DNA of 33,809 nt from Acidimicrobiales bacterium (GTDB lineage: Bacteria; Actinomycetota; Acidimicrobiia; Acidimicrobiales; Bog-793), in the NCBI GenBank assembly GCA_050010315.1, contig JBEKLG010000002.1:1-33809 (forward strand). Direction: 5' to 3'. The notes beneath the pieces are model-generated. The model did not search any database. It was given only the letters and a program-made list of their open reading frames with translations, and was not told the DNA's origin. Of this stretch, positions 1 to 8,951 are shown piece after piece. How positions within the stretch are numbered: the stretch's first letter is position 1; every line of letters starts with the position of its first letter. Both the position numbers and the translations under genes were made by a program.

Positions 1-1726
1 GCAGTATCCCAGAGATCGCGAAGAAGCACGTCTGTAAGACGATGTTCGTCCGCCCGGCCATGCCGACCTCACGGGCGATCCGGCTGGCGTCGACCACATA
101 GAGATCGATGTGCTTGGCGATGATTTGCTCTTGGACCGGGCGGGAAAGCGTGTCCCAGACCCCTTCCGGCGGATAGGGGCAGTTGAGGAGCAACGTCGCG
201 CCCGGCGCCGCCGGGCCCAGCACGTTCGCCCGCTCGAGCAGACCAAACTGGTGACAGCCGACGAAGCTCGCCTGACCGACGAGATAGGGCGCCCGGATCG
301 GCTTCGGCCCAAAGCGCAAGTGCGACACGGTCTGCGAACCGGACTTTTTCGAGTCGTAGACAAAGTAGCCCTGGGCGTTCAAGCCTTCTTCGTCACCCAG
401 GATCTTGATGGTGTTCTTGTTGGCGCTGACGGTCCCGTCCGAACCGAGACCGAAGAAGATCGAGCGGACCGTCTCGACCGACTCGATGTCGAGCGAGGCG
501 TCGTAGGGAAGGCTCGTCCCGGAAACGTCGTCGTTGATGCCGATCGTGAACCTGCGGCGCGGCCGGTCGAGGCCGAGCTCGTCGAACACGCCGCCCACCA
601 TCCCCGGGGTGAACTCCTTCGACGACAGCCCGTAGCGGCCGCCGACCACGAGCGGCATCTCGGCGCGGCTGCCCTCGGCGACGGCGTCGCTGAGCGCGGC
701 GACTGTGTCCAAGAAGAGCGGCTCGCCCTGCGAGCCGGGCTCCTTCGTCCGGTCGAGCACGGCGATGTGCCGCACGGTCGTCGGAAGTGCCGTGGCAAGT
801 GCCCGGGCCGGGAACGGACGGAACAGGCGCACCTGGACCACGCCGACCCGCTCGCCACGGGCGTTCAGCGCCGCCACCGTCTCGCCGGCAGTCTCCCCTC
901 CCGATCCCATGATGACGAGCACCCGCTCGGCTTCGGGGTGCCCGGCATAGTCAACGACGTGGTATCGCCGGCCGGTGCGTTCGGCGAGGCGCGCCATCGT
1001 CTCCTCGACGGCATCCGGCACACGGGCGTAGAAGGGGTTCACCGTCTCGCGCGCCTGGAAGTAGACGTCGGGATTCTGGGCCGTGCCCCGGATGAACGGG
1101 CGCTCCGGCGAGAGCGCCCGGTCGCGGTGCGCCCGGATGAGTTCTTCCGACACGATCCCGGCGAGGTCTTCGTCGGAGAGCGTCTCGATCGTGTTCAGTT
1201 CGTGCGAGGTGCGGAACCCGTCGAAGAAGTGCAGGAACGGCACCCGCGTGGCGAGAGTCGTGGCGTGCGCGACGGCCGCCAGGTCGTGGGCCTCCTGCAC
1301 CGACGCCGAGGCGAGCATGGCGAAGCCCGTCTGGCGGACCGCCATCACGTCGGCATGGTCGCCGAAGATCGACAGTCCCTGGGCCGCGAGCGACCGCGCC
1401 GCGACGTGGATCACCGCCGGCGTCAGTTCGCCAGCGATCTTGTACATGTTCGGGATCATGAGCAACAGGCCCTGCGACGCAGTGAACGTCGTCGCCAGGG
1501 CGCCGCTCTGCAACGCGCCGTGCAGCGCGCCCGCCGCGCCTCCTTCGCTCTGCATCTCGAAGACGGTCGGCACGGTGCCCCAGAGGTTGGTCCTCTTGTG
1601 GCTCGCCCACTCGTCGGCGAACTCCGCCATCGGCGACGACGGAGTTATCGGGTAGATGCAGCAGACCTCGCTGAGCCGGAATGCCACCGAGGCCGCGGCC
1701 TCGTTGCCGTCGATTGTCACGCGCAT
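1..1726 (-). CDS. nifJ: pyruvate:ferredoxin/flavodoxin oxidoreductase, single-polypeptide NifJ/YdbK type; N-terminal ~575 codons, 3' end runs off the left window edge
   Basis: Absent from the supplied ORF track because it has no stop inside the window. The reverse-strand frame from ATG 1726-1724 stays open to position 1. It reads MRVTIDGNEAAASVAFRLSEVCCIYPITPSSPMAEFADEW...FEMQSEGGAAGALHGALQSGALATTFTASQGLLLMIPNMYKIAGEL...LSIFGDHADVMA, a canonical PFOR domain I signature. Confidence 0.92.
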   Translation of the reverse strand, partial: MRVTIDGNEAAASVAFRLSEVCCIYPITPSSPMAEFADEWASHKRTNLWGTVPTVFEMQSEGGAAGALHGALQSGALATTFTASQGLLLMIPNMYKIAGELTPAVIHVAARSLAAQGLSIFGDHADVMAVRQTGFAMLASASVQEAHDLAAVAHATTLATRVPFLHFFDGFRTSHELNTIETLSDEDLAGIVSEELIRAHRDRALSPERPFIRGTAQNPDVYFQARETVNPFYARVPDAVEETMARLAERTGRRYHVVDYAGHPEAERVLVIMGSGGETAGETVAALNARGERVGVVQVRLFRPFPARALATALPTTVRHIAVLDRTKEPGSQGEPLFLDTVAALSDAVAEGSRAEMPLVVGGRYGLSSKEFTPGMVGGVFDELGLDRPRRRFTIGINDDVSGTSLPYDASLDIESVETVRSIFFGLGSDGTVSANKNTIKILGDEEGLNAQGYFVYDSKKSGSQTVSHLRFGPKPIRAPYLVGQASFVGCHQFGLLERANVLGPAAPGATLLLNCPYPPEGVWDTLSRPVQEQIIAKHIDLYVVDASRIAREVGMAGRTNIVLQTCFFAISGIL

Positions 1727-1727
1727 T

Positions 1728-3362
1728 TCAGTTCGCCTCCGCCACCATCTCGATCGCATGCACCGGACATTGTTCGTAACACGCACCGCAGCCGGTACAG
1801 CGGTCGTAGTTGAACCGGTAGCGATTCCCGACGCCGAGCTTGATCACGGCATCCTCTGGACAAGAACCCAGGCAGCCATCGCATTCGAAGCAGTTGCCGC
1901 ACGACAGGCACCGGCCCGCCTCGTACGCCGCCTCGTCAAGGGAGAAACCGCCCAGCACCTCGGCGAAATCCGCGGCACGCTCCTCGGGGGCGAGCTCCGG
2001 CTGCTGGCGACGGGCGTTGTCGCCGAAGTACCACAGGTGCAGCCGCTCGAACGGCACGAGGTCATGCTTGGCGACGTTCAACACAGGAGCGCCCTGCAAC
2101 CAGCGGTCAATGTGGCGGGCGGCTTTCTTGCCGTGGCCGACGCCGACCGTGACGGTGCGCTCGCTCGGCACCATGTCGCCGCCCGCGAACACGCCGGCGC
2201 AACCGGTCTCGAGCGACGCCGACACCTTGACGGTGCCGTCGTTTTCGAACTCCACCCCCGGCACCCGGCGCAGGAACTCGGTGTCGGTCTCCTGCCCGAG
2301 CGCGAGGATCACCGTGTCCGCCGTGAGCGTCTCAAACCGACCAGTCGGCTGGGGGAAGCCCGACTCGTCGAGTTCCATCACCTCGACCCGCATCTCCGGA
2401 CCGTCCATCGCCTTGATCGTCCGCAGCCAGTTGATCCGCACGCCTTCACGTTCGGCGTCTTCGGCCTCCTCGGCATGGGCCGGCATCTGAGCACGCGTGC
2501 GCCGGTAGACGATCAGCGCCTCGTCCGCCCCGAGCCGCTTGGCGACCCGGGCGGCGTCCATCGCGGTGTTGCCACCGCCATAGACCGCGACGCGGCGACC
2601 GATCACCGGCCGCTCGCCAGAGGCGACGCTGCGCAGGAACGACAACGCGTCGAGCATCGGGCCGGTGTCGCGGGCAGGGATCTCGACCCGCCGGGACAGG
2701 TGCGCGCCCACGGCGACGAACACAGCGTCGAAGTGACCTTCCTCCCTTTCGCTGACGAGATCGACCACGCGGTGATCGCCCGTCATCTTCACGCCGAACG
2801 CCGCGATCCGGTCGAGCTCGGCACCGAGCACGTCACGGGGCAGGCGGTACGACGGGATGCCGTACCGCATCATCCCGCCCGGTTCGGTTCCCGCATCCCG
2901 GATCTCGACTTCGTGGCCGAGTCGCGTCAAGTGGTACGCCGCCGACAGTCCGCTCGGACCGGCCCCGATCACGAGGACACGTTTGCCGCTGCGCACCGCC
3001 GGCGGGTCGAACTTCCAGCCCTTGTCGAGCGCGAGGTCCCCGAGGAACCGCTCGACCGCGTGGATCGCAACGGCGCTGTCGAGGCTGGCCCGGTTGCAGA
3101 CGACCTCGCAGGGGTGATAACAGACCCGCCCGTGGACGGCCGGCAGGGGGTTGTTCGTGACGAGCTCACGCCAAGCCTGCTCGTGACGACCCGCCCGGGT
3201 GTGCGATAGCCAGGCTTGGATGTTCTCGCCGGCCGGACAGCCGGCGTTGCACGGCGGCAACAGGTCGACGTAGACGGGGCGTCGCTCGCGGACGGGGCCG
3301 GAGTGCGTGGGCCCGTGCGCCAGATCCGGCAACAAGGCAACATCCCACAACGGGCTGGTCAT
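1728..3362 (-). CDS. GltD-like (glutamate synthase small-subunit family) NAD(P)H flavoprotein fused to a C-terminal 2x[4Fe-4S] ferredoxin domain
   Basis: N-terminal Fe-S Cys cluster (PPCNAGCPAGENIQ...CYHPCEVVCNR). Dinucleotide folds VLVIGAGPSGLSAAYHL and VAVYGGGNTAMDAAR, plus GVFAGGD. C-terminal CLSCGNCFECDGCLGSCP and CTGCGACYEQCP. AAGGAG lies 11 nt upstream of ATG 3362, so that start is preferred over the track's GTG 3374. Stop TGA at 1730-1728 leaves 1 nt before the nifJ ATG. Confidence 0.9.
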   Translation of the reverse strand: MTSPLWDVALLPDLAHGPTHSGPVRERRPVYVDLLPPCNAGCPAGENIQAWLSHTRAGRHEQAWRELVTNNPLPAVHGRVCYHPCEVVCNRASLDSAVAIHAVERFLGDLALDKGWKFDPPAVRSGKRVLVIGAGPSGLSAAYHLTRLGHEVEIRDAGTEPGGMMRYGIPSYRLPRDVLGAELDRIAAFGVKMTGDHRVVDLVSEREEGHFDAVFVAVGAHLSRRVEIPARDTGPMLDALSFLRSVASGERPVIGRRVAVYGGGNTAMDAARVAKRLGADEALIVYRRTRAQMPAHAEEAEDAEREGVRINWLRTIKAMDGPEMRVEVMELDESGFPQPTGRFETLTADTVILALGQETDTEFLRRVPGVEFENDGTVKVSASLETGCAGVFAGGDMVPSERTVTVGVGHGKKAARHIDRWLQGAPVLNVAKHDLVPFERLHLWYFGDNARRQQPELAPEERAADFAEVLGGFSLDEAAYEAGRCLSCGNCFECDGCLGSCPEDAVIKLGVGNRYRFNYDRCTGCGACYEQCPVHAIEMVAEAN

Positions 3363-3790
3363 GACTGTTTCCACTCCTTTAGGGCCATGTCGGTCAAGCT
3401 AGCGGGCCGAGCACCGCCCGGCCAGCCAATTAGCGGGCTGACCTGCAGCTCGGACGCCAGCCGACCGCACGGGCTCGGCTCTACCGGCAACGACTGACCT
3501 CGAGATCGGTCCTCGCGACCGTCCTCCGGTCGCGTCCCCGGCGAGGCACGCCAGGACTCCGGGTCCTGCGGGCCGTCAACCGGAAAGGGCAAGCTCCCAG
3601 CAGCAACACCTCAGACGATCTCCGCGCAATAGCGCGAGGATGCGGCGATTCCCCGCGATGACGAGGCCCGCCGCTTTGGCGTGCACCGCCACCGCTACGA
3701 GCACAGCCGCGCTTCAATCGTACTTGACGGTCACCTGGGACCTAAGTCCCTATTTCCCCTGTGTTCCTTCGCGTCGGTGCCCGTCTGGCG

Positions 3791-5053
3791 TCAACCGTGG
3801 TGGCGGTGGCCCCCGTGACCGTGGTCACCGGACGCTGGTCCAAAGCCGCCTGAACCCCGTCCGAAGCCGAAGCCGCCGAAATCGCGGCCGCAACGGAACG
3901 GCGGGCCCGAGCCGAACAGCCCGTGGGCGCGGCTGCCGACGATGACCACCTCACTCGCCGACACCGTCGTCCCCGACGTCGTGCCGAAAACGCCGACGAA
4001 CTCGCCCTGCAACACGTTGGCGATAGAGGGAGCCGAAACGCCGTACTCGGCGTAGGTCGTCGAAGCCGTGACGTCGACGGTCATCGTTGTGCCGTTCCAG
4101 GTCAAGACCGTGAAGCCTGCAGACGTCGGAGTGGCCTGGACAACACCCGCCGTCGCGAAACCGTGATTTGGCCGCGGCGGCACGATGACGACCTCAACCG
4201 CCGTCACCGTCGTCCCCGAGATCGTGCCGAAGACCCCGACGAACCCGCCCTGCGTCACGTCGGCGAGCGAAGCAGTGGACACACCACGTTCGAAATAGGT
4301 CGTCGAAGTCGTGACGTCGACGATCATCGTTGTCCCGTTCCAGGTCAAGACCGTGAAGCCTGCAGACGTCGGGGTGGCCTGGACGACGCCCGCCGTCGCG
4401 AAACCGTGATTTGGCCGCCGCGGAACGATGCCGACTTCGCTCGCCGTCACCGTCGTCCCCGAGATCGTGCCGAAGACGGCGACGAGCTCACCTTGCGTCA
4501 CATCGGCCAGCGTCGGGCTCGAGACACCGCGCTCGGCGTAGGTTGTCGAAGCCGTGACATCGACGGTCAGCGTCACGCCGGAGCGCGTCGTGATCGGGAA
4601 GGCGTTGTCGGCGGGCGGAGCCGCCACCACACCGGCAGCCGCCGGCTGAAAGCCGCCGCCTCTTGGCATCCAGTTGACGACCTCACTCGCCGTCACCGTC
4701 GTCCCCGAAAGCGTGCCGAAGACGGCAACAAGCTCGCCTTGCGTCACGTCGGCCAGCGTCGGGCTCGAGACACCGCGCTCGACGTAGGTCGTCGAAGCTG
4801 TGACGTCGACGGTCAGCGTCGCGCCTAGGCGCGTCATCATCGGGAAAGCATTGTCGGCGGGCGGAGCCGCCACGGTGCCGGCCGCCGCTGGGCGACCACC
4901 GAGACCGCGGGGGTGGTGCAGCGGCCTGACCGACCCGGCCGCGACGCCGGTGAAAGCCGCAGAAAGCCCGACCACCAATCCGACGGCGACGAGCCCACGC
5001 GCTGCGGGCGCGAGGACACGCCCACGACGGAGGAACCCAGCAGGGCGAAGCAT
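3791..5053 (-). CDS. secreted tandem-repeat protein: signal peptide, 4 x 81-aa beta-rich repeats (DUF5666-like by eye) and a Gly/His-rich C-terminal tail
   Basis: GGGAGG lies 5 nt upstream of ATG 5053; the track starts 2 codons earlier at a GTG. N-terminus MLRPAGFLRRGRVLAPAARGLVAVGLVVGLSAAFTGVAAGS looks like a Sec/Tat signal. Four repeats of the form AGVV..P....F...T..G.T.TVDVT.STTY.E.GVS...LADVTQG..V.VFGT.SGTTVTA.EV. Tail is GFGFGRGSGGFGPASGDHGHGGHRHHG. Confidence 0.8.
   Translation of the reverse strand: MLRPAGFLRRGRVLAPAARGLVAVGLVVGLSAAFTGVAAGSVRPLHHPRGLGGRPAAAGTVAAPPADNAFPMMTRLGATLTVDVTASTTYVERGVSSPTLADVTQGELVAVFGTLSGTTVTASEVVNWMPRGGGFQPAAAGVVAAPPADNAFPITTRSGVTLTVDVTASTTYAERGVSSPTLADVTQGELVAVFGTISGTTVTASEVGIVPRRPNHGFATAGVVQATPTSAGFTVLTWNGTTMIVDVTTSTTYFERGVSTASLADVTQGGFVGVFGTISGTTVTAVEVVIVPPRPNHGFATAGVVQATPTSAGFTVLTWNGTTMTVDVTASTTYAEYGVSAPSIANVLQGEFVGVFGTTSGTTVSASEVVIVGSRAHGLFGSGPPFRCGRDFGGFGFGRGSGGFGPASGDHGHGGHRHHG
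3917..4888 (-). repeat. in-frame tandem repeat, 4 units of 243 bp (81 codons), arranged as two subtypes A-A-B-B
   Basis: A ~99-nt block at 4082-4180 recurs at 4325-4423 (offset 243) with about 4 mismatches. A block at 4438-4575 recurs at 4681-4818 (offset 243) at roughly 90% identity. Unit boundaries are approximate. Confidence 0.85.
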
Positions 5054-5380
5054 TGCCACCTCCCGGTCGACCTGGCGACATTCTCGCAGGCCGCGTCGTT
5101 GCGTCCGTTAGAGGACTGTTAGGGACCTGCAAAACCCCCTGGACTCGTCACGGTCTCGGCCAGGGGGCCCAGGCCAGGTGATCCGTTTCGCGCTCTCCGC
5201 CTGACCGATAGTGACTGACCCGCTCGAGTCCGGAGGCCCCGGGCCGCGCTACCGGCTCGCCGGCCTGTCGCCGCGGCCGACGCCAGTCTCCAAGATCCGT
5301 ACGACATCGCAACGGATCCCGGCGGACAAGGCGTCTCGTGCCGGTCGATAGCGCGAACTCCGTCACCCTCGGCGTCGCAC

Positions 5381-6295
5381 TCACGGCTCCCGCTCACCGC
5401 CGAGGACGGTCCCGGGTGCCTGGGAGGCGCCAGCGGCACGGATCCGAGGCGCCCTCGACCAGGTCGCGAGGATCGAACCAGCGATAATCATCGGAAAGCC
5501 GATCCCGATGCCGAGCGTGAAGGGCTCCCCGAGGGCGGCGACACCGAGCAGGACCGCGACGGCCGGGTTGACGTAGGTGACGACCATGGCCCGGGTTGGC
5601 CCGATCTCCCTGATCAGGGCGAAGAACAACAAGAAAGCCCCCACGGTGCACACGACCGACAACATGGCGACTGACTCGGCAGTCTCGGCAGGGAAGGTGC
5701 GCGGCAGGTGGGCCAGTCCGAATGGCAGGTAGACGAGGGCGGTGATCACCATGGAGGCGGTGACGACCTCGTAGCCCGGCGTCTTGGCGAGACGCCGGGC
5801 GACGATCATCGGCGCGACGGCATAGCCGACCGAGCAGAGGACGACCTCGCCCATCGACCCGAGGTTCGGCCGCCCGACGCCGACGCCGGCGAGAATGACG
5901 ACGCCGGCGAAGCCGAGGGCCAGCCCAAGGACCCTGCGTCCACCTGGGCGCTCGTGACCAAGCGCCCAGGCGATCACCGCCCCGAAGATCGGCGCGGTCG
6001 CGATCAGCAAACCCGCGAGCGAGCTCGTCAGCCTCTGCTCCGCAGTGGAGAGCAGGAGCCAGGGAACGGTGATCTCCGTGAACGTGTAGCCGAGGACGGC
6101 GGGCCAGTGGTCGAGCAGTGCGCGTAGAAGGCGGCGGTGGAGCGCAAACGGCAGAAGGATCAGCGAGGCGAGCCCCGTACGCAAGAAGACGAGTGTCGCC
6201 GGTTCGAGGTCGCGGACGGCGATCCGGATGAAAAAGTAGGGAAGTCCCCAGATCACCGCGAGTGCGATGAAAAGCGCCCAAGCGCGTTTCGACAT
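5381..6295 (-). CDS. EamA/DMT-superfamily permease (about 10 TM)
   Basis: 304 aa, uniformly hydrophobic with two similar halves. N-terminus ALFIALAVIWGLPYFFIRIAV is typical of EamA domains. Confidence 0.85.
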   Translation of the reverse strand: MSKRAWALFIALAVIWGLPYFFIRIAVRDLEPATLVFLRTGLASLILLPFALHRRLLRALLDHWPAVLGYTFTEITVPWLLLSTAEQRLTSSLAGLLIATAPIFGAVIAWALGHERPGGRRVLGLALGFAGVVILAGVGVGRPNLGSMGEVVLCSVGYAVAPMIVARRLAKTPGYEVVTASMVITALVYLPFGLAHLPRTFPAETAESVAMLSVVCTVGAFLLFFALIREIGPTRAMVVTYVNPAVAVLLGVAALGEPFTLGIGIGFPMIIAGSILATWSRAPRIRAAGASQAPGTVLGGEREP

Positions 6296-6469
6296 GCCGG
6301 CTAGGCGCGGCCGTCACCGGGACCGAGCAGGGCGGCTCGGACACACCGCCGAAATCCCGCCGACGAAGAGCGCGAGCACATGACTCTACGGTAGAGGTTC
6401 CGGTTAATCCCCCAAGAGGATCGGTGTCGTAGCTGCGGCCGGCGCGCCGAAGGGACAAGACTTGGAGAC

Positions 6470-7114
6470 GTGCTCACGTCACCGACGCTGCGCGGGCGTT
6501 TCGTCCAGCTCGAGCCGCTCGATGCCCGCCACATTCCCGGTCTCGTCGCGGCTGCCGCCGAGGATCGCGCCTCGTTCATTCTCAGCGCGGTCCCCGACGG
6601 CCTCGACGAGGTGAGGCGCTACGTCGCCGAGAACTCCGAGCTGGCGTCGTCGGGACGTCAGATCCCATTCGCCGTTCGCCTGCTCAGCTCCGACCGGATC
6701 GTCGGCGCGACCCGTCTCATGGACCTCGAGGTCTTCCGGTGGCCACCCCCCTGGCCGCCGGGAGTGATGAGGGGACCGGCGCCGTCGGACGACACCCCGC
6801 CGACGGTCGCCGAGATCGGCGGCACCTGGTACGCGGCGTCGGCGCAACGAACCGTCGTCAACACCGAGTGCAAGCTGTTGCTCCTCTCCTACGCCTTCGA
6901 CACCTGGGGGGTCCTGCGCGTCACCATGAAGACCGACACGCGCAATGAACGGTCCCGCGTCGCGATTCTGCGGATCGGGGCGCGCTTCGAGGGGATTCGC
7001 CGCGTCCACGCGCCGGCCGTGGACGGCGCGGTGCGGGACACCGCCTACTACTCGATCGTCGCCGCCGAGTGGCCGGAGGTTCGCGCCCGGCTCGAATCGC
7101 TGCGCGACCGGTAG
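6470..7114 (+). CDS. GNAT-family N-acetyltransferase (RimJ/RimL-like, Acetyltransf_3 type)
   Basis: RFVQLEPLDARHIPGL N-terminal strand, then ECKLLLLSYAFDTWGVLRVTMKTDTRNERSRVAILRIGARFEGIRR (acetyl-CoA-binding core). The GTG start has only a weak or poorly spaced SD, so the start is uncertain. Confidence 0.78.
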   Translation: MLTSPTLRGRFVQLEPLDARHIPGLVAAAAEDRASFILSAVPDGLDEVRRYVAENSELASSGRQIPFAVRLLSSDRIVGATRLMDLEVFRWPPPWPPGVMRGPAPSDDTPPTVAEIGGTWYAASAQRTVVNTECKLLLLSYAFDTWGVLRVTMKTDTRNERSRVAILRIGARFEGIRRVHAPAVDGAVRDTAYYSIVAAEWPEVRARLESLRDR

Positions 7115-7143
7115 GCCCTGGCGCGGAGAGTGGCTGCCGGCCT

Positions 7144-7161
7144 GTGCCGGGGTTCCGGCAC
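7144..7161. terminator. candidate bidirectional hairpin between convergent GNAT and holB genes
   Basis: GTGCCGG-GGTT-CCGGCAC, a perfect 7-bp stem with a 4-nt loop in the 57-bp convergent spacer. There is no U-tract. Confidence 0.3.
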
Positions 7162-7171
7162 GCCTTCCGGT

Positions 7172-8266
7172 TCAGTTCAAGCCGTCCAGCCGTAGCAGCA
7201 GCGCCTCGACGAGGAGCGTCTCGTTCGGGTTCCGCGAGAGGCGGGCCGCGGCCGCGTCGATCTCCTGACATGCCGCGACGAGCGAGGCGGCCCGGCGCGC
7301 CGGAAGGTTCTCGACGCCGAGCCGGAAACGGTAGGCGGAGGCGAGTGTCGCTAGTCCGGCGCGCAGTTCGTCCGTTCGCACCTGGCGCTGCTCCCGGCGA
7401 TGACGCTCCTCGATGGCCCGCCGCCCCGGGGCCCGGCGCTCGCCCGCGAGCTCGGCAGCCGCGTCAACGGCATCGAGCTCCGCAGCTTGACGAGCGCTGA
7501 GTACGACGAGGAGCTCGTCCGTCGCGGCAAGGAGCTCCGCCGCGAGTGTTGCCACGGTCACCCCGGTCCCGTCGAGTCGCTCGGGAACTGCGCGCCAACG
7601 CGCCTCACGGGACGCGAACCCGGGATCCTCGACGAGCAGACGCGCCCGGTCAAGTCGCCCGTTCGCCGCTGAAGCCGCCGCGATCGCGACCTCCTCCGCC
7701 GCGCCGTCGGCGCGCAGCGCGGCGGCGATGGCTTCGGCGTCGAGGGGGGAGAACTCCACCTCGACACATCTGCTCGCGATTGTGACGAGCGCGGGCGCCC
7801 GCGCATCGGCGAGAACGATGATCACCGTCGTCGCGGGTGGTTCCTCGATCGTCTTCAGCAGTGCCGGCGCGGCACGGTCGACGAGATGGAAGTCGGTCAG
7901 GACGAGAACCTGACGGCTCGCGGTCCGCGGCGTCCGCTGGGCCAGCTGGACGACCTCTCTCGCCTCCTCAACGAGGATCGATGCGCCGTGTCGCTCAACG
8001 AACACAACGTCGGGATGGCCCCCCATGACGACCGCGCGACATGACGGGCAATCGCCACACCCCCCGTGCGGACAGACGAGCGCCGCCGCGAACGCCCTCG
8101 CCGCGTCGCGTTTGCCTGATCCCGGCGGACCGACGAAGAAGAAGGCGTGCACGGGTGAGGCAACAAACGAGCCGAGAACCGCTCGGGCCCGCGGTTGGCC
8201 GACGATCCGGTCGAGCACCGGGGGAGACCCGACTGAGAGATCCGAGCCCGACGCCTTTCTCAGCAC
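7172..8266 (-). CDS. holB: DNA polymerase III delta' subunit
   Basis: VGPPGSGKR Walker A, CPHGGCGDCPSC zinc module, DVVFVE, LLKTIEEPP. The track ORF (to 8530) overlaps all of the tmk 3' end. The likely start is GTG 8266, 4 nt after the tmk stop, or alternatively GTG 8218. Confidence 0.85.
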   Translation of the reverse strand: MLRKASGSDLSVGSPPVLDRIVGQPRARAVLGSFVASPVHAFFFVGPPGSGKRDAARAFAAALVCPHGGCGDCPSCRAVVMGGHPDVVFVERHGASILVEEAREVVQLAQRTPRTASRQVLVLTDFHLVDRAAPALLKTIEEPPATTVIIVLADARAPALVTIASRCVEVEFSPLDAEAIAAALRADGAAEEVAIAAASAANGRLDRARLLVEDPGFASREARWRAVPERLDGTGVTVATLAAELLAATDELLVVLSARQAAELDAVDAAAELAGERRAPGRRAIEERHRREQRQVRTDELRAGLATLASAYRFRLGVENLPARRAASLVAACQEIDAAAARLSRNPNETLLVEALLLRLDGLN

Positions 8267-8270
8267 GCCC

Positions 8271-8900
8271 TCACCGAACGTCTTCCCCGCCGACCAGGCC
8301 GAGGCGTTCGGCCACGACGGAGCGCACGCGGCGGGCCACCACCTCAATCGGCTCCGAGGCGTCAACGACCGCCCAGCGGTCGGGATTGCTGCGCGCAATG
8401 GCCCGAAAGCCCTCGGTGACCCGCGCGAAGAAGACCGCGTCCTCCCGCTCGATGCGATCCTCGGGATCGACCCGCCGCGCCACCCCCACTTCGGCCGGCA
8501 AGTCGAGCAACACCACGAGATCGGGTTCAAGTCCGGCGCAACTGAGGTCGTTCGCCCCGGCGATCTCGGCGAGCGGCAGACCCCGACCGTACCCCTGGTA
8601 GGCCAACGTCGAGCCAGAGAAGCGGTCGCACACGACGTCGCGTCCGGCAGTGAGCCAAGGCTTGATCTTCTCGGCGACGTGCTGGGCGCGGGCCGCGAGC
8701 ATCAGCATCAGCTCTGCCCGCGCTTCAATCGGCGCGAGGTCGCGCCCGAGCAGGATGGCGCGAATCTGCTCACCGATCTCCGTTCCTCCGGGCTCACGTG
8801 TCAACTCCGCGCCGAGACGTGCCGCGAGCAGCGCTGCTTGCGTCGACTTGCCGCATCCCTCGCCGCCCTCTAAGGCGATGAACTTCCCGCGCCCGTCCAT
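8271..8900 (-). CDS. tmk: thymidylate kinase
   Basis: FIALEGGEGCGKSTQ P-loop, TREPGGT, LAARAQH and DRF motifs; 209 aa. Confidence 0.95.
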   Translation of the reverse strand: MDGRGKFIALEGGEGCGKSTQAALLAARLGAELTREPGGTEIGEQIRAILLGRDLAPIEARAELMLMLAARAQHVAEKIKPWLTAGRDVVCDRFSGSTLAYQGYGRGLPLAEIAGANDLSCAGLEPDLVVLLDLPAEVGVARRVDPEDRIEREDAVFFARVTEGFRAIARSNPDRWAVVDASEPIEVVARRVRSVVAERLGLVGGEDVR

Positions 8901-8951
8901 CGCACCGACACTACGACACCGGGAGTTCGCGGCGATCCGCCGCCGATGCCG

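Noticed and set aside
110-1813. 567-aa plus-strand ORF, the longest track entry at the left end
   Set aside because: It is extremely Arg-rich with no recognisable motifs, and it lies exactly antisense to a frame that encodes a canonical PFOR N-terminus. This is a typical high-GC shadow ORF.
3640-3954. Small ORFs in the spacers (for example 3640-3945 +, 5119-5439 -, 23224-23538 +, 24140-24706 -)
   Set aside because: They have Arg/Pro/Ser-rich compositions, no SD or promoter context, and no motifs. I treat these regions as non-coding.
8266-8530. N-terminal 88 codons of the track's holB ORF, and the 37 extra N-terminal codons of the track's topA ORF (11796-11906)
   Set aside because: The holB extension overlaps the 3' end of tmk in another frame. 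The topA extension precedes a strong GGAGGG SD and a GTG that opens directly into the Toprim motif.
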